A stretch of DNA of 9,000 nt from Takakia lepidozioides (Eukaryota; Plantae; Bryophyta): contig JAKLZA010000147.1 in NCBI GenBank assembly GCA_030704615.1, positions 1 to 9,000 of the forward strand, given 5' to 3'. The position numbers and the translations under genes were made by a program. This document shows, one piece after another, positions 1-6,176 of the stretch. Below the pieces are notes generated by a model. The model was given only the letters and a program-made list of their open reading frames with translations. It did not search any database and was not told the origin of the DNA. Within the stretch, counting starts at the first letter, position 1. Every line of letters starts with the position of its first letter.

Positions 1-583
1 AATCATCACTATTGTCGTCCTGTACTTGACTGTCATGCTCCGCCTCCACCCCGTCATTGCCTTTCTCATCTCCAGTGGACTGCTCGTTGGCCAGGCTTTC
101 GAAAATCCCATCTTCACCTTGCGGAACCGACCATCTCACCTACGTTGGCTCGTCGTCCTCCCAGTCTGCATCGCTCTCATCCGCTGAATCACATTTGAAC
201 TTTCGCACCCGTCTACCTGCCTCAGCTGTTGCCAACTCTTTTCTTATCCTTCTGTCCTCCCTAGCCCTCTCCAAAATCTGCTCTACTTTACTGGGATTCT
301 CACATCGTCTAATCGCTGTATTTGCGAGTTTAGCTGCATAACTAGGAAGGGAGTAGTCCTTCACCGGGCTCGTCATGAAGTCGGCCCTCGCAAAGAACGG
401 GACATTCTTCCTGGCAGGAAGTGTAGGCCTTACATGTTTCGACCCGGATCCTCCAATCCTGCTGTCGCGCGGCTTTTACTCACCCATCCCTTCGCTATCC
501 GAGGCGGAAACTCCAAGATAGAAGAGTTGGAAATCTCTAAGTACTCAGCCCGCGCAGAACAATCAGTCATGACCTACAGCTAG
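1..583 (-). pseudogene. Possible degenerate coding remnant in flanking DNA (probably an older transposon ORF)
   Basis: The frame of ORF 140..376 reads as charged/acidic protein-like sequence on both sides (LRDFQLFYLGVSASDSEGMGE*KPRDSRIGG...WEDDEPT*VRWSVPQGEDGIFESLANEQSTGDEKGNDG). In-frame stops lie at 563-565, 545-547, 476-478 and 140-142. No family recognised. Confidence 0.33.
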
Positions 584-675
584 TGTATCATGGGGGTGTT
601 TCCTATTTGTTTCCTTTTCCGCATTCATCTTAGCTACCTTACCATTGATAATTAAGTATCAGTTTGCTTCATCAA

Positions 676-681
676 TTTATT
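676..681 (-). promoter_or_regulatory. Candidate polyadenylation signal AATAAA in the LTR
   Basis: AATAAA on the element sense strand, about 80-90 nt before the candidate LTR end. Position is consistent but the motif is short. Confidence 0.35.
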
Positions 682-1082
682 GGTTTCCTTAACTCCTCCA
701 TTCAATCCACAGCTTCACTCAGATCTCTCTACACAGTGTGATTGTATCGTATAAGTATCAGATTATGATTTATCAGGTATCAGGCCGAAGCCATTATGTC
801 TCTAATCTGCTCTACAATATCACTCTAGCTTTGCATATGACAAGCTTCTACTAATCCTCTTTTCTCCTTCATCGTGCTCTCCGATCTCCGCTCCCGCCTG
901 TCTCCGAAGTCCTCCCCGAATAATGATCTCCTTCCTATTCCCCGTTCTTCCCTTTATCCTCCTATCCGCGGTTCTAACCGTTTCCCTCTCTAACCGTCGT
1001 ATGTGAACTAACATGTTCCCTTCACTGGTGTTGTTCCCCACAGTCGTTCCCTGTCCTACTCTTCGTTCCCTATTATCGTGAC

Positions 1083-1404
1083 AGCTGTGTCAAGCGGTGA
1101 CTGGCTGTGTTTGGCTGTGTCGGGCTGTGACTGGCTGTGTGGCTTGGGCTGTGACTGGCTGTGTGGGCTGTGTCTGCTGTGACGACTGGGCTGTGTGGGC
1201 TGTGTGGGCTGTGACGACTGTGACGGCTGTGTGGGCTGTGACGACTGTGACGGGCTGTGGCTGTGTGGCTCGGCTGTGTGGGCTGTGGGCTGTGACGACT
1301 GGGCTGTGTGGCTGTGTGGGTTGTGACGACTGTGACGGGCTGTGTGGGCTGTGTGTGACGACTGTGACCTGTGTGGCTGTGACTGCTGTGTCGGCTGTGT
1401 GGCT
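1083..1404. repeat. Irregular CTGTG-core minisatellite (9-10 bp spacing; GGCTGTGTG / CTGTGACGA variants) inside the putative LTR
   Basis: Directly visible; about 30 CTGTG copies by manual count, in the same orientation as the 5797-6176 array. Confidence 0.95.
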
Positions 1405-1530
1405 ATGTAACCCCCTTCTACAGTGCGCTGCTGTCACCCCTAAGGTTCCTGTTTGTCTCAGTCTGTGCAAAAATTAAGGGTACCCTACAGATCCCGTATA
1501 AGTGTCTAAGTCCCCTACAGTCCTCTAACA

Positions 1531-1543
1531 TTACCCCTTCCTC
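1531..1543 (-). promoter_or_regulatory. Polypurine tract (plus-strand primer site)
   Basis: Minus strand reads GAGGAAGGGG-TAA-TGTTAG: a purine run, a 3-nt spacer and then the TG LTR start, just after the last ORF stop. Confidence 0.85.
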
Positions 1544-1548
1544 AAAAG

Positions 1549-1562
1549 CCGTGTCCTCACGG
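1549..1562 (-). other. Short hairpin CCGTG-AGGA-CACGG upstream of the PPT
   Basis: Perfect 5-bp inverted repeat with a 4-nt loop. A GAGGAC-centred hairpin before the PPT is a pattern I recognise from plant Gypsy elements. Confidence 0.65.
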
Positions 1563-1563
1563 T

Positions 1564-4500
1564 TTACTGTTTCCGAGTAGCAACCCTTTGTGAGTGAGCA
1601 CCTTGTTGACGTTGAGAGTTTCGTGGTGGGCTGTGTGTACGAGCCCGAGGTCTGTCTCTGGTTGATGGAGATGGTTGATCACTACCTGGATAAGTGAGGC
1701 CTTCTGGAGGTTGATATCGAGGTAATCTTTCCGGCATAGGAGATCCCTTTGTTTCTTCTCTCCATCTGAATTGCATAGTCTTCTCCCATGTCAAAAGAAT
1801 TTGTGAAGAAACAGTTGTATCAGAATCCTCATCGCCTCTCAGGTGTTTTAATTTTCGAACTTTTTGTGGAATCATCTGGGGCATACAATGCTGTCCTACC
1901 ATGTCTGGAAGTTTGCATTTTACAACCTGGTGTAACCGTTGAACAGCAAAATTGGTGTAGACACACTGAGCTCCTTGTCTGTCCAGATGAGTGGGGTACC
2001 AATTACTGGTGCCGTGCAAGTATTTCCATGCGATATGTCCCTTATAGAAAATGTCATCAAGTCCGAATTTCTGTGTTGACAAATTGTTGCAGGCTGCTTG
2101 AAACCATGAACGAATTTGAGAATCCTTTTGTATCATAACTTTTGGGTCATATAGGTACATATGAGGTGGCACCGAAGGTAATACCCAATGATCTCCACTG
2201 GAGTAACTTTGAAAGCGTGCTTGCATCTTTTGTTGCTCTATGTGGTAACGTATCAGAAACAAGCAGCGTAGTATAGCCCGCACCCCATGACAATACTTGC
2301 TATCTCCTTGGTCTTGGTATAAATGAGTCCATGTACAACCTGGAAAGCAACCAATTCCCTCAACATGGTACCTGCCTCGTGCCAGTATTGTGCAAAGTGA
2401 TGATCTTCAATATGTCGATTGTTTGGAAGAACTTTAGTCCTGGTTGCCACTGGCAGCCAATACGCATGATTTGGTAGTAATGTGCGAATGACTGCGGAGG
2501 ACTAATTCTTTCCAAGCCAAATCCAACATGATGGGAATTTGGTTGAAGGGCATAATCATAGCCCTACTGTACTCCTCCCTGGCAGCTGGAGTTTTAGGTG
2601 GGTTAAAAGCTGCATTGCCCCATACCTCCGGCTGTGGTGGCTGTGGTGTGGTTGTAGTAACCACAGGTTCAGCTACTGGTACACTGACCTGTTGTGGTGG
2701 TGGTGGTACTGGTTCCTGTACCATTGGCATCTCCTGCACCTCCTGTGAAGACTGAAAAGCCAGAGTTCTGGCTTGCAAATAAGAAGCCATTAGCTGTTCC
2801 TGAGGGATATAGACTCTTTGGTCGATGTTTGAAGTGAGGTCTTCCACTTGAGTCTGGAGTCCGTCTACATCCTCTTGTAACTCTGCTATCCTACTATAGA
2901 CATTGTCTATAGTAGTTGTGGCAATGTTCTGCACCTGCAGTCTGAGCTCATTCATCTCGCTTTGGGTGAGCTTCCGTGGGCTTTTGCCCTCTACTGGCCC
3001 TTGTGCTAACCAGACCTGCATAAGGCTGTTATCCACCAAGCTGCTTGTGGTTCCCCTGAGAGTTTGCTCCTCTCTTAGCTTATACAATTCCAACTGCTGT
3101 TGTAAAGCCTTCATGCGCTTCGCCTGTGGCTCAACCAATTGCGCATAGGCAGCAAGTAGATTATTGGCTTCTTTCGAAGCTTGTTACTGACCGCGATTTC
3201 ATTTCTATTGGCCACGATGGTTTGTTGCAACTCCACGATGTATTTCTCATTCTCAGCTTCCATCTGCCTGTATTGCTTGAAAGTATCTTCATTGCGACAG
3301 ATTGTATTCTTCATATCGACAATGAGCTTCATGTGCTCCACATTCTCTTCTTCTGCCTTCGTACATTTTTTCCGCTTGACTGTTTATTTCTTTTGTTGAT
3401 TGGTCAAGCATAGTTGTAAATGTAGCGCATTGTATCGCCATCCTGTTATGCACTGTCTGCAACTCCGTATGTAGTGCATTCAGTTCTTGCAACTTGCTTT
3501 CATGCTGCACCTGCATTTGGTATAGCTGTTGCTTATGTGCTTCGTGCAACTGGTCTTGCGCAGGCCTGCCTCAATCAATTGTTGCTTGGCCAATTGCAAA
3601 GCCATTTCTGTATTGGCCAAGTCCTGCTTCATCTTGAGAGTGACCTCTTCATCGACCTTGTTTGAACACTCAGTGGCAAGTCGAGCCTCAAACTCCTTCC
3701 TGAGTTCTTCTTTCAAGGCTGTCAATTGGGTAATTGGAACATGGGTTTTGACATAAGTCCCCAACAAATTAAGTGTCCTGCCTATGGAATTCATCAGCAT
3801 TGCCTGTTGAGGGTCATCATGGTGAGGTTGCTGCTGTTCCTCCGATCTTCAACAGTATGATGTCTCACTAACCATTCAGACCATTGTCCCACCGGATTTT
3901 CTTCCTGAACTACTTCATTTATGACCGGTGCTACAGTGTCATGGCCTTCCGCCTGTGGTACCTCCGACACAGGTGTGTGCATTATATGTACCTCAGGATT
4001 TTTCTTGGGCAACTGTTGCACCTCTGGGATTTCTGTCTGCTTGACCAGACCAGAATATTCATAGAGAAGGTCCCCTTTCTCTATTTCCGCCACTATCTGT
4101 TCTGTAGTTGGAATATCTATCCCTTCACTTTCCAAATCTATTATTTCGGGTTGAGCTGCATGGATAACTTGTGACCTTGTGACAAGTCGTTCAAGTGGCT
4201 GTGTTGGTTGTGATGCAGAAGTAACTTCTTCCTCCCTCTCTGAAGGTCCTGCTTCCAGTAATAACATTCTTTTGTGCTGCTGTGCCCCTCCCTGGTCATG
4301 AGCTTTTGGGAAACATTATCATGCGGAATCCGTGAAGCCAGTGGATCCGCCACTACAGTCTTTCCCCTTCTCTGCCTCTTAGTCTCGGGTTGTGCTGCTA
4401 GTCCACCCTCACTGTGTGAAGAGCCTTGCTCTTCCATTGCAGTTGTTTCTCTGGCTCAAACACTCCCATTTCCTTCCTTTCTTGTGCATTAAGTATGCCA

Positions 4501-5738
4501 GAACTAAGGATTATTTGAGCAATGATTGGGCCAGACACTATGATAGGAGATTTTGCGGTAGTACCTTGTAATCTTTTCATCTCCTCTACCAGTGCGTTGT
4601 ACATTATGTCCGCCCATGGTACCTCTTGTCCCTTCAAGCCTTTGAGGATTTCCTCTGTGAAGGGATTGCTCAAATATTGTTGGTTTCTGTTTTCAGGGCA
4701 ATCAGAACGTTCAATACTTGGCCTATGTCTTTTAACCTGGGTACACAGCTTTGGTACAAGCATAACCCTGAGTTTAAAAGAACTCCCTTTTGGAATAAAT
4801 CCCCTATTGCAGTCTTTCTCTGTGTTCCTCCATACACCTGACTTCTGCATCGAAACAATTGCTGGAGGTATAGGGGAGTAATCATTAATTTCACTCCCTT
4901 CACACGTTGTTGTTCCTGTCTTTGGCTCAAAGTTCTGCAAAAATTGTAACATGTACTGTCTATGGTGTAGTGTCCAATCCATGCTTTGCAATCCTTCCAA
5001 TCTCAGCTCCTTCAGTATCTTTATCGCCTGTGGGGTAGCCATCGTTTGTTTCTGCAGAATTGTGGTGCTCTTCACCCTGATTTCCTCCATTCCTCTCACT
5101 CTCTTCATCTTAGACTCACAGAACTGCTTTGGCTGTAACAACTGCAGGAATGCCTGTAGTGCACAAAGCAGAAACGTATGGTTGCCGCAGAAAGCTATGG
5201 GTAATCTCTTGTAAGCCTGCGGGGCTTGCAAGCATTGTTCAAGAGAAAAGCTCTGCTCTTTCGTTTCGTGTCTCTGCCATTGCGTAAGTAATATTGCGAG
5301 CGTATAGTCTGTTAGTTCCTCCATAGTTTCCAAGTTATAGCATTTATGGCCTGTCCTGTCGAGACGCCCGTTACTCAGAACGACGCCGCCTCTTGCGCTC
5401 AATTTCCCTCCATTTTCTTGATCATTTCTCTGGTTTTCTATTGGCTGTATCCGCTGTGACTGGATTTTAACTTTTATCTTCTTTAGTGGACTTTCCCTGT
5501 TGGATAGTCCACTAGGATCACACATGCGACATGAATTCAGTTTTTCTGTACTTGCCGTTCGTTCTGTTTCCCTTTTTCCGTATTCATTAATGGGCCCGCC
5601 TTTCATCCCTTTTGACGGCCGTTCTTGTCCTCTTTCTTTTTGACACCTGTCCTTGCACTTCATTCTCTGCTGTGTGTCGCACCCTGACCTCCACGTGTCT
5701 ATTTTTAAATAATTTCCGTTTCTTCTTCCTTCAGCCAT
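1564..5738 (-). CDS. Large accessory ORF between pol and the 3' LTR (sense strand), fragmented by about 10 frameshifts; Athila-ORF/Transposase_32-like domain, coiled coil and unknown C-terminal domain
   Basis: Minus-strand ORFs 4398..5738, 4670..4930, 4141..4437, 3794..4267, 3480..3800, 3289..3549, 3111..3341, 2434..3138, 2253..2450 and 1564..2283 overlap end to end without gaps, and each junction is fixable by a 1-2 nt indel. The final stop TAA (1564-1566) sits immediately before the PPT hairpin. The start is uncertain (ATG 5738, ATG 5324 or later). Confidence 0.78.
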
Positions 5739-5796
5739 TTTCCTGAAGTTTTTATGTGTCCACTTGTCACTGATTCTATGGATCGTGTAACTTTAG

Positions 5797-6176
5797 TAGG
5801 CTGTGTTGAGCTGTGACAGGCTGTGTCATACTGTGTTACGCTGTGATAGGCTGTGTTGCACTGTGGTAAGCTGTGATAGGCTGTGACACGCTGCGGTAGG
5901 TTGTGATAGGCTGTGTCACGTCGTGACGGGCTGTGATAGGCTGTGTCACGCCGTGATGGGCTCTGGCCGTGATGGGCTGTGATAGGCTGTGTCACGCCGT
6001 GAGGGCTGTGATAGGCTGTGCACGCCGTGATGGGCTGTGATAGGCTGTGTCACGCCGTGATGGGCTGTGATAGGCTGTGTCACGCCGTGATGGGCTGTGA
6101 TAGGCTGTGTCACGCCTTGATGGGCTGTGATAGGCTGTGCCACGCCGTGATGGGCCTGTGATAGGCTGTGTCACGT
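5797..6176. repeat. Tandem array, 30-bp unit CTGTGTCACGCCGTGATGGGCTGTGATAGG (about 12 units) built from 10-bp CTGTGnnnnn subunits
   Basis: Directly visible: near-identical 30-mers at about 5911-6176 and diverged 30-mers with CTGTG starting every 10 bp at 5801-5881. About 26 exact CTGTG copies by manual count. Confidence 0.97.

Larger units (their letters stand above)
584..1530 (-). repeat. Putative 3' LTR (about 0.94 kb)
   Basis: Begins TGTTAG at 1530 directly after the PPT, which is well supported. Candidate CA ends are ...CATGATACA (584) or ...GGAAACA (597, giving a TGTT..AACA terminal inverted repeat). Composition changes left of about 584. No second LTR copy is in the window to confirm the end. 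Confidence 0.62.

Noticed and set aside
582-592. tRNA-Met primer binding site (TGGTATCA-like) at TAGTGTATCA
   Set aside because: The match is imperfect and in the wrong orientation and position for this element. It is better explained as a candidate LTR terminus.
820-1041. 73-aa Arg/Gly/Glu-rich ORF
   Set aside because: It has a non-ATG start and is a by-product of the purine-skewed LTR segment.
1090-1477. 126-aa ORFs on both strands (1090..1470 -, 1097..1477 +), Cys/Val/Trp- or Thr/His/Gln-rich
   Set aside because: They are translations of the stop-poor CTGTG minisatellite within the putative LTR, with no independent coding evidence.
1564-5738. True retroviral envelope gene
   Set aside because: The position is env-like, but I see no signal peptide, fusion peptide or uninterrupted transmembrane segment.
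5700-5760. Programmed -1 frameshift at TTTAAAA linking the pol tail to the accessory ORF
   Set aside because: The heptamer is not in X XXY YYZ phase with the upstream (pol) frame, which reads ATT TAA.
5797-6176. CRISPR-like array (30-bp repeats with an internal palindrome)
   Set aside because: Units are head-to-tail with no unique spacers, there are no cas genes, and the context is a eukaryotic retrotransposon.
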